NCBI GenBank assembly: GCA_002731775.1
Contig: PCCP01000082.1
Span: 2,091 to 66,090 of the forward strand
DNA: 64,000 nt
Source: Gammaproteobacteria bacterium
Lineage (GTDB): Bacteria > Pseudomonadota > Gammaproteobacteria > Pseudomonadales > Pseudohongiellaceae
Direction of reading: 5' to 3'
Shown here: one piece after another, positions 51,181 to 60,313 of the stretch
Layout of the letters: every line of letters starts with the position of its first letter
Numbering within the stretch: position 1 is the stretch's first letter
Made by a program: the position numbers and the translations under genes
The notes under the pieces: generated by a model
Seen by the model: only the letters and a program-made list of their open reading frames with translations
The model's database searches: none
Told to the model about the DNA's origin: nothing

Positions 51181-53144
51181 TCCCGGGCATATTCCAGAAA
51201 ATAATTAATTACTTCAGGATTACGCATCGCACCCAGGTTCGCCGCTCGATCGACCTCCATGCCAAGCAGGATTTTACGAATGGGCACTTCCATCTTCTTA
51301 CCGCTTAAGGTATAAGGCACTTCCTCAATTGTCAGCATTTCATTGGGCACGTGGCGCGGTGAAACATCGCGGCGCAGCTTATCGCGTATTCGGGTTTTGA
51401 GATCTTCATCCAGGCTCGCCCCCTCTCTTAATACCAGGAACAGTGGCATGAAAGATTCCCGACCGTGGAACTCCAGGTCGATAATCAGGCTATCGAGTAT
51501 TTCATCGAAAGATTCCACCACCTGATAAATCTCGCTGGTTCCCATGCGTATGCCCTGGCGGTTTATGGTTGAGTCCGAGCGGCCGAATATCACGCAGCCA
51601 CCACGGTCGTTAAATCGTATCCAATCGCCATGGCGCCAGATACCGGGATACATGCTGAAATAACTTTCTGTGTACAGCGTCATGTTCTCGTCATTCCAAA
51701 AATAGAGTGGCATGGACGGCATCGGTTCGGTGATAACCAGTTCCCCAAGCTCATTCCTTACCGGCTTTGCTTCCTCATCGAAGGCCTGCACATTAGCGCC
51801 AAGGGACGCGCATTGAATCTCACCGGTATAGATCGGCAAGGTGCGCGCACCGCCGACAAAGGCGGTACACAGATCGGTGCCACCACTAAGCGACTCCAGC
51901 GCCAGATCCTTATTGATATTTTCGTATACCCATTGAAACCCGTCTGTGGACAAGGGTGATCCAGAGGAGCCAACTGCTCGGATCGCACTCAGCTCATAGT
52001 CCTGATTCGGGTGAGTTCCGGCTTTCCTGCAGGCGTCTATAAATGCTGCCGAAGTGCCAAAATAAGTCACACCGGCTTTCTCTGCCAATTCGAATTGCAC
52101 ATTCATGCTCGGGTATGCGGGGCTGCCGTCGTAAATTACCAGGGTCGCCCTGGCGAACAGCGCACCGACCAGATAATTCCACATCATCCATCCGGTGCTG
52201 GAATACCAGTAGAAACGATCATCGGGTTTTATATCATTGTGGAACACCAGTGCCTTGCAATGTTCCAACACGATACTGCCATGACCATGCACAATGGGTT
52301 TAGGCAAGCCGGTAGTGCCGGAGGAGTATAAAACCCAGAGCGGATGATCGAATGGCAGTTGCGCAAAAGTAAGGCTTGAATCGTCAGCATTGCTCAGCGC
52401 TTGCGACCAGAGCACTGTGTTGATCAGACCTGCCGTTCCTTTGCTAATGTGATCGATGAGTATTGTTTGCTTAACGGTGGGTAATGCCTGCTGAATTTCT
52501 GCCACCACGGCTCGGCGGTCATGGGTATTGCCGCCAAAGTCATAGCCATCTACCGCTAACAGCACCTTCGGTTGTATCTGGATAAATCGATCCAGCACGC
52601 TGCTTTTGCCGAAGTCCGGAGGACAACTGGACCAGACGGCACCGATGCTGCTTACGGCTAACAAAGCCACAATAGCTTCAGGAATATTTGGCAGGTAGGC
52701 GACGACGCGGTCGCCTTCTTTGACACCCAACTGCTTGAGAACTGCGGCCAAACGTCGAGTCTGTTCTTCTATTTCCGCCCAGCTGTATTCCTGCAGCTCG
52801 GTTTTCTCTCCCTTGAAGAGGAGCATGGGCTTGCTGTCAACGCGCCGGGCAAAGATATTTTCCGCATAGTTGAGACGAACACCCAGAAACCATTCGGCGC
52901 CGGGCATCTTTCGCTGCGTTAATACCGCCGACCATTTCTCGCTATAGGTGAGCTCAAAATATTCCCACAGGGATTCCCAAAAATCTTCGATGTGATCGAC
53001 AGACCAACGCCAGAGTTCGTCGTAGCTGTCGACTTCAACGCCCCTGGCAGCGAGCCAGGTGATATAGCGGGTGATATTGGCACTGGCGATAGTTTCGTCC
53101 GACGGCGTCCAAAGCGGTGTGAGATCTTTAGCTGAATGATTCAT
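51174..53144 (-). CDS. acetoacetyl-CoA synthetase (acetoacetate--CoA ligase)
   Basis: Start moved to ATG 53144. PLWTPS..ITRYITWL..YDELWRWSVDHIEDFWESLWEYF plus AMP-binding core YSSGTTGLPKPIVH. Confidence 0.85.
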   Translation of the reverse strand: MNHSAKDLTPLWTPSDETIASANITRYITWLAARGVEVDSYDELWRWSVDHIEDFWESLWEYFELTYSEKWSAVLTQRKMPGAEWFLGVRLNYAENIFARRVDSKPMLLFKGEKTELQEYSWAEIEEQTRRLAAVLKQLGVKEGDRVVAYLPNIPEAIVALLAVSSIGAVWSSCPPDFGKSSVLDRFIQIQPKVLLAVDGYDFGGNTHDRRAVVAEIQQALPTVKQTILIDHISKGTAGLINTVLWSQALSNADDSSLTFAQLPFDHPLWVLYSSGTTGLPKPIVHGHGSIVLEHCKALVFHNDIKPDDRFYWYSSTGWMMWNYLVGALFARATLVIYDGSPAYPSMNVQFELAEKAGVTYFGTSAAFIDACRKAGTHPNQDYELSAIRAVGSSGSPLSTDGFQWVYENINKDLALESLSGGTDLCTAFVGGARTLPIYTGEIQCASLGANVQAFDEEAKPVRNELGELVITEPMPSMPLYFWNDENMTLYTESYFSMYPGIWRHGDWIRFNDRGGCVIFGRSDSTINRQGIRMGTSEIYQVVESFDEILDSLIIDLEFHGRESFMPLFLVLREGASLDEDLKTRIRDKLRRDVSPRHVPNEMLTIEEVPYTLSGKKMEVPIRKILLGMEVDRAANLGAMRNPEVINYFLEYAREK

Positions 53145-53211
53145 GGTGGCTAATGCTGTGTAAGACAAAGGGACGGGCATCGGAATGATAACCTAAACCT
53201 ATTTCACTGTC

Positions 53212-53290
53212 GGGGTCAGGTCTTGAATGTTGCGTCAATCACGGGCAAAAGCTGAGCAATGCTAAATTGCAAGACCTGACCCCGGAATTC
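53212..53290. repeat. R3-type palindromic element
   Basis: GGGGTCAGGTCTTGAATGTTGC ... GCTAAATTGCAAGACCTGACCCCGGAATTC. Confidence 0.85.
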
Positions 53291-53381
53291 CCAAAGATTA
53301 AGGTCACTGTCTCCTATTTCGCAATTTCGCTGTGTTTGTTGTTATTCTATTATCAAACAAGATAGTTGGAGGAACCCTGCG

Positions 53382-54635
53382 ATGATTAAAATACTTCAGG
53401 CACCATCGGGCCTGCTTGCCTGTGTTATCGGTATATTGATGGCTAGCAGCGCCGTAGCTGCAGACAACAACATAGTCGTCGTCGGTGGTGAGGGCGCGGA
53501 CTGCATCGAAGATCCCGGCTGTGTGAACCGACTGCATCCCGATATACCGATGGCGGCGCGAGCCAGACCGGGACAGACGATCCTGTTCAGAACCCGTGAT
53601 GCACGGGACGTTCTCGGTGCTGCTGCGGCTCAGACTACCGAACCAGATTCCCTGAATGGTGACTTCGGCCACGTGCATCCCATCACCGGGCCGGTTTATA
53701 TCGAAGGTGCGGTGGCGGGTGATGTGTTGAAGGTAACACTCAACAATATCGATCCTGGCCCTTATGCCTGGTCCACCGGCGGTAGCTCCGGTTTTATCCC
53801 CGACCTTGTCGATGGACAGAGCCTGGTGATCTGGCGGCTGAATAGAGACTACGCCGAGAGTGACGACATCCCTGGCATCCGTATTCCGAACGGCAGCTTT
53901 CCCGGTGTCGTCACGACGATGCCTGGACCCAATCAGCTACGGCCGATGTTAGAACGGGAGCAGGCGCTGGCCGATGCCGGCGGTCGCGTCTCACTGCCTA
54001 TGGCCGACGGTGCCGACCCGGTGGCTCTGTGCGGGCCGAATGGTAGCGCACGCGATCAGTGCCTGCGTACGATTCCACCGCGGGAGCATGGTGGCAACAT
54101 GGACATACGCTACCTGAAGGCGGGCGTGTCGATCTACCTGCCCTGTTTCATCGATGGCTGTGGCCTGGCAATCGGTGACCTGCATTTTGCCCAGGGCGAC
54201 GGGGAAGTCTCCGGTACGGCAATCGAGATGTCGGCGGATGTCTGGGCAACGACAGAGATCCTCAAGGACGGCCCCGACCTGTCACGGGGTCCTCACTTCG
54301 AAGGTCCGGCCCAATTGCTGGATATTCCTTCCCGCCGTTTCTACGCGGTAACTGGTATCCCCGTCAAAATTGCCGGGGACGTACCGCCGGATATGCGCTA
54401 TCTGAATTCCGATGTGGTTGCTGGTCTGGAAAACCTGTCTAACGATATCAACTTGGCAGCACGCAACGCCATTGATGGCATCGTCGACTATATTACTCGC
54501 ACCTATGGGTACAACCGACAACAGGCCTATGTAATCGCCAGCGTTGCCGTAGATATCCGAATTAGCCAACTCGTGGATGCGCCCAATGTGGGCGTCACCG
54601 CGGTGTTACCGCTGGACATATTCATCGGGAACTAG
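53382..54635 (+). CDS. exported acetamidase/formamidase-family amidase
   Basis: 417 aa with signal peptide. GPVYIEGAVAGDVLKV, REHGGNMDIRYLKAGVSIYLP, DLHFAQGDGEVSGTAIEM. Confidence 0.85.
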   Translation: MIKILQAPSGLLACVIGILMASSAVAADNNIVVVGGEGADCIEDPGCVNRLHPDIPMAARARPGQTILFRTRDARDVLGAAAAQTTEPDSLNGDFGHVHPITGPVYIEGAVAGDVLKVTLNNIDPGPYAWSTGGSSGFIPDLVDGQSLVIWRLNRDYAESDDIPGIRIPNGSFPGVVTTMPGPNQLRPMLEREQALADAGGRVSLPMADGADPVALCGPNGSARDQCLRTIPPREHGGNMDIRYLKAGVSIYLPCFIDGCGLAIGDLHFAQGDGEVSGTAIEMSADVWATTEILKDGPDLSRGPHFEGPAQLLDIPSRRFYAVTGIPVKIAGDVPPDMRYLNSDVVAGLENLSNDINLAARNAIDGIVDYITRTYGYNRQQAYVIASVAVDIRISQLVDAPNVGVTAVLPLDIFIGN

Positions 54636-54651
54636 AGCTGGACTCTTGATC

Positions 54652-54740
54652 CAAAAAATGGCGATAGACCATGTTGTTCTTATTGTGTGGCGAGATTGCT
54701 GGCGTCTAAGACAGAAAAACGTGGTCTGTCCCCATTTTTC
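54652..54740. repeat. R2-type palindromic element (left arm degenerate)
   Basis: CAAAAAATGGCGATAGACCATGTTGTTC ... GAAAAACGTGGTCTGTCCCCATTTTTC. Confidence 0.75.
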
Positions 54741-54808
54741 TTGAAGACGTGGACTTAAACAGAGATAACTTCTATTCTTCCTGGAGACAAGTATCCAGGG
54801 GTACTGCC

Positions 54809-55924
54809 ATGACTTACATCACGCGCCGAGGTTTTTTCCAGCAAGCAGGCATAATCACCGCAAGTGGCCTCGCCCTCAGCGGCGCCCTACCAGGGCCCGT
54901 GACAAAGTCGGCGCTGGCCCAGCCCATGCCCGACTGGCTTTCACTGACCGAAGAGCCGGCGCTCGAACCAGAGCTTCCCATCATCGACCCCCATCACCAT
55001 CTATGGGACCGTCCTAATAATCGGTATATGCTCGAGGATCTTATCGAAGACACCCGGGCGCACAACGTGCGGCAGACGGTCTTCGTCGAGTGTACATCGA
55101 TGTACCGTGCCGATGGACCGGAAGAGCTTAGAGTGGTTGGCGAGACCGAGTTCGTGCAAGGCGTCGCGGCGAAGAGTGCCAGCGGTGGCTACGGTGAGAC
55201 GCGGGTAGCGACGGGTATCGTCGGTTCCGCCAACCTCCGCTTGGGTGATCGAGTGGCAGCGGTGTTGGAAGCGCAGATTGCAGCCAGCCCGCAGCGTTTT
55301 CGCGGCATTCGCCATCGCGCGGCGTGGGCGGATCGGACTGTGGTCCCAAACCAGCGCGCCGACGCGCCAGAACATATATTGCTGGATCCGGACTTCCGCA
55401 AAGGCTACGCCCACCTGCGTACCTACGGTCTGTCATTCGAAGGTTGGCTCTATCACACCCACATCGATGACCTCACCGACCTCGCGAAAGCGTTCCCGGA
55501 CACCACCATCATCTTCAACCACCTGGGCGGGCCAATCGGGGTGGGTTCCTATGCCGGGCGTCGGGACGAGGTGTTCGCCGCCTGGAAACCGGCCGTCGCC
55601 GAGTTAGCGCAATGCCCGAATGTCGTCGCTAAGGTCGGCGGTATCCAGATGGTCGTCAATGGTTACCGCTGGCACGAACTGGAGCGACCGCCGACCTCGG
55701 ATGAGCTGCTGCAGGCTAATCAGGATTGGTACAACTACACAATCGACCAGTTTGGACCCGACCGCTGCATGTTCGAGAGCAATTTCCCGGTGGACAAGCT
55801 GTCGTGTTCCTACACGGTGCTGTGGAATCAATTCAAGAAGCTGACGCGGGGATTCTCCGCCGACGAGCGTGCCGCCATGTTTCACGACACCGCAATGCGC
55901 GTGTACCGGCTACCGCGGGTTTAG
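54809..55924 (+). CDS. Tat-exported amidohydrolase-2 family metal hydrolase
   Basis: Start moved to ATG 54809 (MTYITRRGFFQQAGIITASGLALSGA). IIDPHHHLWD metal motif. FESNFPVDK near the C-terminus. Confidence 0.75.
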   Translation: MTYITRRGFFQQAGIITASGLALSGALPGPVTKSALAQPMPDWLSLTEEPALEPELPIIDPHHHLWDRPNNRYMLEDLIEDTRAHNVRQTVFVECTSMYRADGPEELRVVGETEFVQGVAAKSASGGYGETRVATGIVGSANLRLGDRVAAVLEAQIAASPQRFRGIRHRAAWADRTVVPNQRADAPEHILLDPDFRKGYAHLRTYGLSFEGWLYHTHIDDLTDLAKAFPDTTIIFNHLGGPIGVGSYAGRRDEVFAAWKPAVAELAQCPNVVAKVGGIQMVVNGYRWHELERPPTSDELLQANQDWYNYTIDQFGPDRCMFESNFPVDKLSCSYTVLWNQFKKLTRGFSADERAAMFHDTAMRVYRLPRV

Positions 55925-55926
55925 CA

Positions 55927-55972
55927 GGGGGTCAGGTTTTTCCATTTGCACCTCGGCTGAGCAAGACCTGAG
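55927..55972. repeat. R5/R3 hybrid element
   Basis: GGGGGTCAGGTTTTTCCATTTGCAC ... GCAAGACCTGAG. Confidence 0.65.
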
Positions 55973-56002
55973 TAATTGACGAGGGGCATCGGAAACGTAT
56001 TC

Positions 56003-56048
56003 GGGGTCAGATCTCCATTTGCTCATGTGCAAATAGCGACCTGGCCCC
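56003..56048. repeat. R5-type imperfect hairpin
   Basis: GGGGTCAGATCTCCATTTGCTCATGTGCAAATAGCGACCTGGCCCC. Confidence 0.75.
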
Positions 56049-56059
56049 GATGTCTTTTC

Positions 56060-56088
56060 TTAAGTTGTTACGTTGTGACTGTCCCCTA
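56060..56088. repeat. R7 motif (TTAAGTTGTTA-CGTTGTG) ending in CTGTCCCCTA
   Basis: TTAAGTTGTTACGTTGTGACTGTCCCCTA. The terminal CTA is the TAG stop (minus strand) of 56086..57123. Confidence 0.7.
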
Positions 56089-57123
56089 CAGACCAGCCTC
56101 ACGTTCTGCCCGACGGGCGCCTGCGAGAATTCCCGGCATCGCGTAGTTTCCCTCGTGGCAGGCATATTCATACATGCGCCCATCCAGAGGGTAGTAGCTC
56201 AATTCCGCGGTCCACGGCTGGCTGTAAAGATTGGAATCATCCACGGTAAACTGGTAGAGCATCTCGTTGTCGGCATAGCGGCTGAAGCGCTCGGTGATCT
56301 TGCCGTCTTGAGAGATTGCTATCGAACTTTGTCCCATCTGCAGCGGGTTGATATTGGTTGTCTCAATGATCAGTGTGTCGTCTTCATACCAACCGACAGA
56401 GTCTCCCAGCCATTGGCTCAATACCGCAGGTCGGCGATTGGCCCGTGCTTCTTCCGCCGTGGCAAAGATGGGAATGATGCGGGCGTCATGCACCATCTCC
56501 ACGTTGATCAATACATAATCATCCGTCTGCACAAACTGGTAGCTGCTATTGTAAAGCGTGCCCATCATTCCCGGACCCGCGGTGTTGCCGAAACCAATGA
56601 GGCAGCGTTCGGCTATTGGTATGGCTTCCGGGCCCGAGGCATCGGCGACACCAGTCAGATAGCGAGCACCGAACTGCCGTCGATTCAAGTCTACTTTGGG
56701 GTTCGCCAGTCTCGGGATCTGGCCGTTTTCCGGATTGACGATGTAAGAGGTTCGGAATTCACCTTTTACCAGCGCCAGTGACGAACCGGGGTCGGTCCAG
56801 AATAAATTATAACCACGCAGACCAAAATCCTGGCCTCCCACCGGAGGCGCACCGGTTTCGGGGTCGATCTCCGGGCCTGCAGCCAAATTTTCAGCCGATA
56901 TGCCGGCGATCGACATGGTGGCTACCATTTGTTGAGCCTGCTCGGCGGAAACAACAAGTGGTTCGATACCCCGTGGGCGAGTCAGGCCCGTTCGCGAAGC
57001 GTTGGTCCAGATCCCCGACAGCTCAGGTCTTGCAGAGTCCTGGGCCATGCTGGATGTGGATAGAATAAATAATGATAAGCCCAGGAGGGCTGAGGTAACT
57101 GTCAGTTGCTTGAATTTTGACAT
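56086..57123 (-). CDS. secreted protein of the YEYACHEGNY family (copy 6; close paralog of copy 2)
   Basis: Signal MSKFKQLTVTSALLGLSLFILSTSSMA. PELSGIWTN, NLFWTDPG, RTSYIVNPENGQIP, AERCLIGF, MVHDARIIP, LGDSVGWYEDDTLIIET, YEYACHEGNYAM. Confidence 0.9.
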   Translation of the reverse strand: MSKFKQLTVTSALLGLSLFILSTSSMAQDSARPELSGIWTNASRTGLTRPRGIEPLVVSAEQAQQMVATMSIAGISAENLAAGPEIDPETGAPPVGGQDFGLRGYNLFWTDPGSSLALVKGEFRTSYIVNPENGQIPRLANPKVDLNRRQFGARYLTGVADASGPEAIPIAERCLIGFGNTAGPGMMGTLYNSSYQFVQTDDYVLINVEMVHDARIIPIFATAEEARANRRPAVLSQWLGDSVGWYEDDTLIIETTNINPLQMGQSSIAISQDGKITERFSRYADNEMLYQFTVDDSNLYSQPWTAELSYYPLDGRMYEYACHEGNYAMPGILAGARRAEREAGL

Positions 57124-57228
57124 GGCTGATCTCCTTAATTCTTTATGTACGCCCTGAATTTCCTGGCGTATACCACGGTAGAAGAAACGATATTCTGGTC
57201 AATCGCGATTGCAAAGTCTAGTCACGCA

Positions 57229-57252
57229 GGGAGTCAGGTCCCCATTTGCACA
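57229..57252. repeat. R5-type half-site
   Basis: GGGAGTCAGGTCCCCATTTGCACA. Confidence 0.7.
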
Positions 57253-57285
57253 TATCCAACAGGTGGATTCAATTAATCAATAGGG

Positions 57286-57316
57286 GACGGAGGGATGAAA
57301 ACCAAATCCCTCCGTC
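57286..57316. terminator. stem-loop downstream of 57324..58601 (minus strand), flanked by repeat-like AATAGGG / ACATTTA ends
   Basis: GACGGAGGGAT-GAAAACCAA-ATCCCTCCGTC: perfect 11-bp stem. Confidence 0.5.
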
Positions 57317-57323
57317 ACATTTA

Positions 57324-58601
57324 CTACTCACCTGGATTACGCCCATAGATCACGCTAGCTACTTTTACCTGGGCCGCCCCACTGATATCAGTCCAGGTCA
57401 CATAAACATCGTTACCCACGCTGTCGATAATGGGAAAGCCGCTGCGGCGCGATGCCTTGCTGTTTGCAATTTGGGTTGTTTCCAACAAGTTACCTTCGGC
57501 GCTGAATCGCGTGAGCATGATCTTCGCCTCGGGCCCTTCCATGTCCATCCAACTAACAGCGATATCGCCAGACTCAAGAATGGTAGTGCCGACGCGGCCG
57601 TTAGTAGTTTGACTCGCCACCAAGACAGGTGCCGAGAATGATTTACCGTTGTCCGTTGATACCACCAGTTGGACTAGTGGTGCATCGTCTTTGGCGGTAA
57701 ACCAGCTGACAGCCACCTGCTCGCCCCTGGCTGCGATGGCGGGTCCATTAACAGGACATCCGGCTATTTCCCAGCCATCATTGTGGATTGGCATGGGTTC
57801 TGTCCAGGCGCCTTTAACATAGCGGGTGATGTAGATATCTCGTATCTCCTGGTCGGAGCGATCTCGATACACCACTAGCGGTCCTGTAGCCGATATGGCA
57901 GCGCTGGTCTGGCAACAATCACAGACCCTATGATCCAATTCCCATTCGCTGACGGTTCCACCTGTTCTATCAAAAATGCCCGCCCGCAGGGTCATGGCAC
58001 CCGGCATGGCAGGTTCAGCCCTTGGGGGGGTAATGTGGTCGCCACTTCCGGCCGTTTCGCGTCCATCTAACCAGGAAATAAAAGTACGGCCTTCACTCAT
58101 CGGCAACATGGCAACAAATCCATGTTCGGCGCTGACACCATCTTTATGAATGGTAATGCCTTCGCCCCAGCTGTTGTTCGAGGCATTGTAAAACGCTACC
58201 TTGATATCGTAGTCATAGGTACCCTCGGCGCTCATGCTTAGCCAGTGGGCCGCCATATTATCGTCGTTCACCATCAGCGAGGGAAAATCGGCCCAGTTAT
58301 TAAACCAGTTTTCTCCCGAACTGATTATTGCCGGGTCAGTCCAGCGACCGCCTTCAAATTTTGAATAGCTCAATGTAGCCAACTCGTCTTCTCGAGTGAC
58401 CCAAGAAAGATATACCTGCCCCTTACTATCTGTTATGACGCGTGACAGGCTGCTGTTGATGTCCGCCGGTGATGGCATCGACTCGAGCACAGCGACATCG
58501 GCAGCTAGCAAGGATGTGCTCATGACTGTAAAACCGACACAGCTCACAATACAGATTGTAGTTAGCGGCCGTAAAAAAACAGTCGCCGTCGAATAATTCA
58601 T
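57324..58601 (-). CDS. exported BNR/sialidase-like beta-propeller protein
   Basis: 425 aa with signal peptide. BNR-like STDNGKSF. Repeated ..W(T/G)(E/D)P.. blade ends. Confidence 0.45.
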   Translation of the reverse strand: MNYSTATVFLRPLTTICIVSCVGFTVMSTSLLAADVAVLESMPSPADINSSLSRVITDSKGQVYLSWVTREDELATLSYSKFEGGRWTDPAIISSGENWFNNWADFPSLMVNDDNMAAHWLSMSAEGTYDYDIKVAFYNASNNSWGEGITIHKDGVSAEHGFVAMLPMSEGRTFISWLDGRETAGSGDHITPPRAEPAMPGAMTLRAGIFDRTGGTVSEWELDHRVCDCCQTSAAISATGPLVVYRDRSDQEIRDIYITRYVKGAWTEPMPIHNDGWEIAGCPVNGPAIAARGEQVAVSWFTAKDDAPLVQLVVSTDNGKSFSAPVLVASQTTNGRVGTTILESGDIAVSWMDMEGPEAKIMLTRFSAEGNLLETTQIANSKASRRSGFPIIDSVGNDVYVTWTDISGAAQVKVASVIYGRNPGE

Positions 58602-58621
58602 AGTGCGTTTGTTCCGGGCAA

Positions 58622-59089
58622 TTAATCTTTCTCTACTGGCAAGTTAAGGCTTGCTAATTGAGCCAGCAAACTCTCTTCCGTCTGCGCACCAATCATTTTT
58701 GCTACAACTTCACGCGCTGGTGACAAGATATAAGTGGTAGGCAATACATCTGGCGCCCTTAACTTAAATTCAGCCACGACGTCCATGGCTAAGGTCGGAA
58801 ATTCGATGCCCATGTCTGCGGCAATGGAGAGAGTAATCCCTTGGGGATCTTCATCGAAGTTGACACCGACTATGGTCACATTGGTGGATGAAAGGGTCTC
58901 ATTCAACGCATTAAGCACGGGGATTTCCAGGCGGCACGGTGCACACCACTCAGACCAGTAATTGACGATTAGCCATTTGGCTTCGGCTTGCGGTGATTGC
59001 GACGCCGCCCGCGAATCCTGCAACTGAATCATAGCCAGGGCCAAACCCACCAGCCCTGCGGCCACAATCATGGAGTGAACAATTTTCAA
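58622..59089 (-). CDS. TlpA/ResA-like periplasmic thiol:disulfide oxidoreductase
   Basis: 155 aa. N-terminal anchor. Thioredoxin motif NYWSEWCAPCRLEIP. Confidence 0.8.
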   Translation of the reverse strand: MKIVHSMIVAAGLVGLALAMIQLQDSRAASQSPQAEAKWLIVNYWSEWCAPCRLEIPVLNALNETLSSTNVTIVGVNFDEDPQGITLSIAADMGIEFPTLAMDVVAEFKLRAPDVLPTTYILSPAREVVAKMIGAQTEESLLAQLASLNLPVEKD

Positions 59090-59221
59090 TTTACTAATCC
59101 TGTTACAGACTGATAAACCAGTCGATGAAGCCTGGTTGGTATTTTTAAACGCATCATAACAGCACTGTTAAGTGGGAAGAAGAAAATCCGAGTTTGATGC
59201 CGGACAGGTGTCGAACTTGAG

Positions 59222-59242
59222 ATCGGGTCTCCGTTTGCACAC
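59222..59242. repeat. R5-type half-site
   Basis: ATCGGGTCTCCGTTTGCACAC. Confidence 0.6.
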
Positions 59243-59280
59243 TGTGCCCACGAAAAAGGAAAAAGATACATCTATATCGA

Positions 59281-60258
59281 CTATTCAATAACGCGGACAG
59301 TAACGTCGACATGCCCGGTTAAGCCACCATCATCAGCCCTGCCCCGCATCACATACTCGCCAGGTTCTTGAAAGATAGTTTCAGTCCGCACCACTCCATC
59401 CTCTGGCATTTCCGGCGGATCCCAAAACGGCGACCAGGGCGAATTCTGAAAGGCGCGGGTGTCTTCCCAGGTTTTCACCTGTAGGGTGTCATAACTAGGC
59501 TCCCCGTTGCCGCGATAGACAAACCAGGAGAAGGTCATGCCCACTACCCTGTCGACGGTGCCGCGGATGGGAGGCCGCAGGGCTTTTTCCAGCCGTTTCC
59601 GCGGGGTTTCGTCTTCATCGAGGGGCGCATAGCGTCGATAGGTACGATAATCGGGTTTTCCGTCGTCTACTATGGTTACTTCGAGTTGCAGGGGCTGACC
59701 CACCCGTACCATGCGCATGTTGTCGCCGTGCAGGATCACTGTGGGTGGGGCATTGCTCTGCACGTCGTCGGAGTTACTGAAGCCACCAGCCACAGTGCCG
59801 GATTCAGACATGATGGTGATGGGTTCCAGGACGTAGTCTTTGAGCAGGGAACCGTAGGCGGTCTGGGTGACGCCGTCGCCGTTGATCAGGGTCCACACCA
59901 ATTCACCTTCGAAGTCTGCCGCTACCTTGATGCCGAACACGTTACGGTTACGACGGGGAAGAAAATGGGTGGGTTGACCCCGGTCGGCTGGGCCCGGTGA
60001 AAAGGAATTTACCGGGCCGATGGGTACGTTCAGCTCCTGTTTCCAGTTTTCATTCATGTAACCGAACAACAGGGTATAGGAGCCATCTTCGTTGAGGACC
60101 CAGCCCTCGTAGGCGGGTGATATGCCTCTCCCAGATTCGTAGGAGGATTGGGACTGGGCGGCGGTATTACTGCTGAACAAAACTAGAGCCCACAGGAATA
60201 ACGCCGTTGATACAAATCGCGTTATTGCACTGCCTGTGGTATTGGCCCTGCTTTTCAA
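59281..60258 (-). CDS. hypothetical exported protein
   Basis: ORF 59281..60381 overlaps the upstream gene. Best start is TTG 60258 (AAGGA RBS 7 nt upstream), giving MKSRANTTGSAITRFVSTALFLWALVLFSSNTAA. No family recognised. Confidence 0.55.
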   Translation of the reverse strand: MKSRANTTGSAITRFVSTALFLWALVLFSSNTAAQSQSSYESGRGISPAYEGWVLNEDGSYTLLFGYMNENWKQELNVPIGPVNSFSPGPADRGQPTHFLPRRNRNVFGIKVAADFEGELVWTLINGDGVTQTAYGSLLKDYVLEPITIMSESGTVAGGFSNSDDVQSNAPPTVILHGDNMRMVRVGQPLQLEVTIVDDGKPDYRTYRRYAPLDEDETPRKRLEKALRPPIRGTVDRVVGMTFSWFVYRGNGEPSYDTLQVKTWEDTRAFQNSPWSPFWDPPEMPEDGVVRTETIFQEPGEYVMRGRADDGGLTGHVDVTVRVIE

Positions 60259-60313
60259 GAAATCGTCCTTCGCTCGCTTTACTTCCTTCACTCTCGCTTG
60301 CCGCAGCAGCTCG

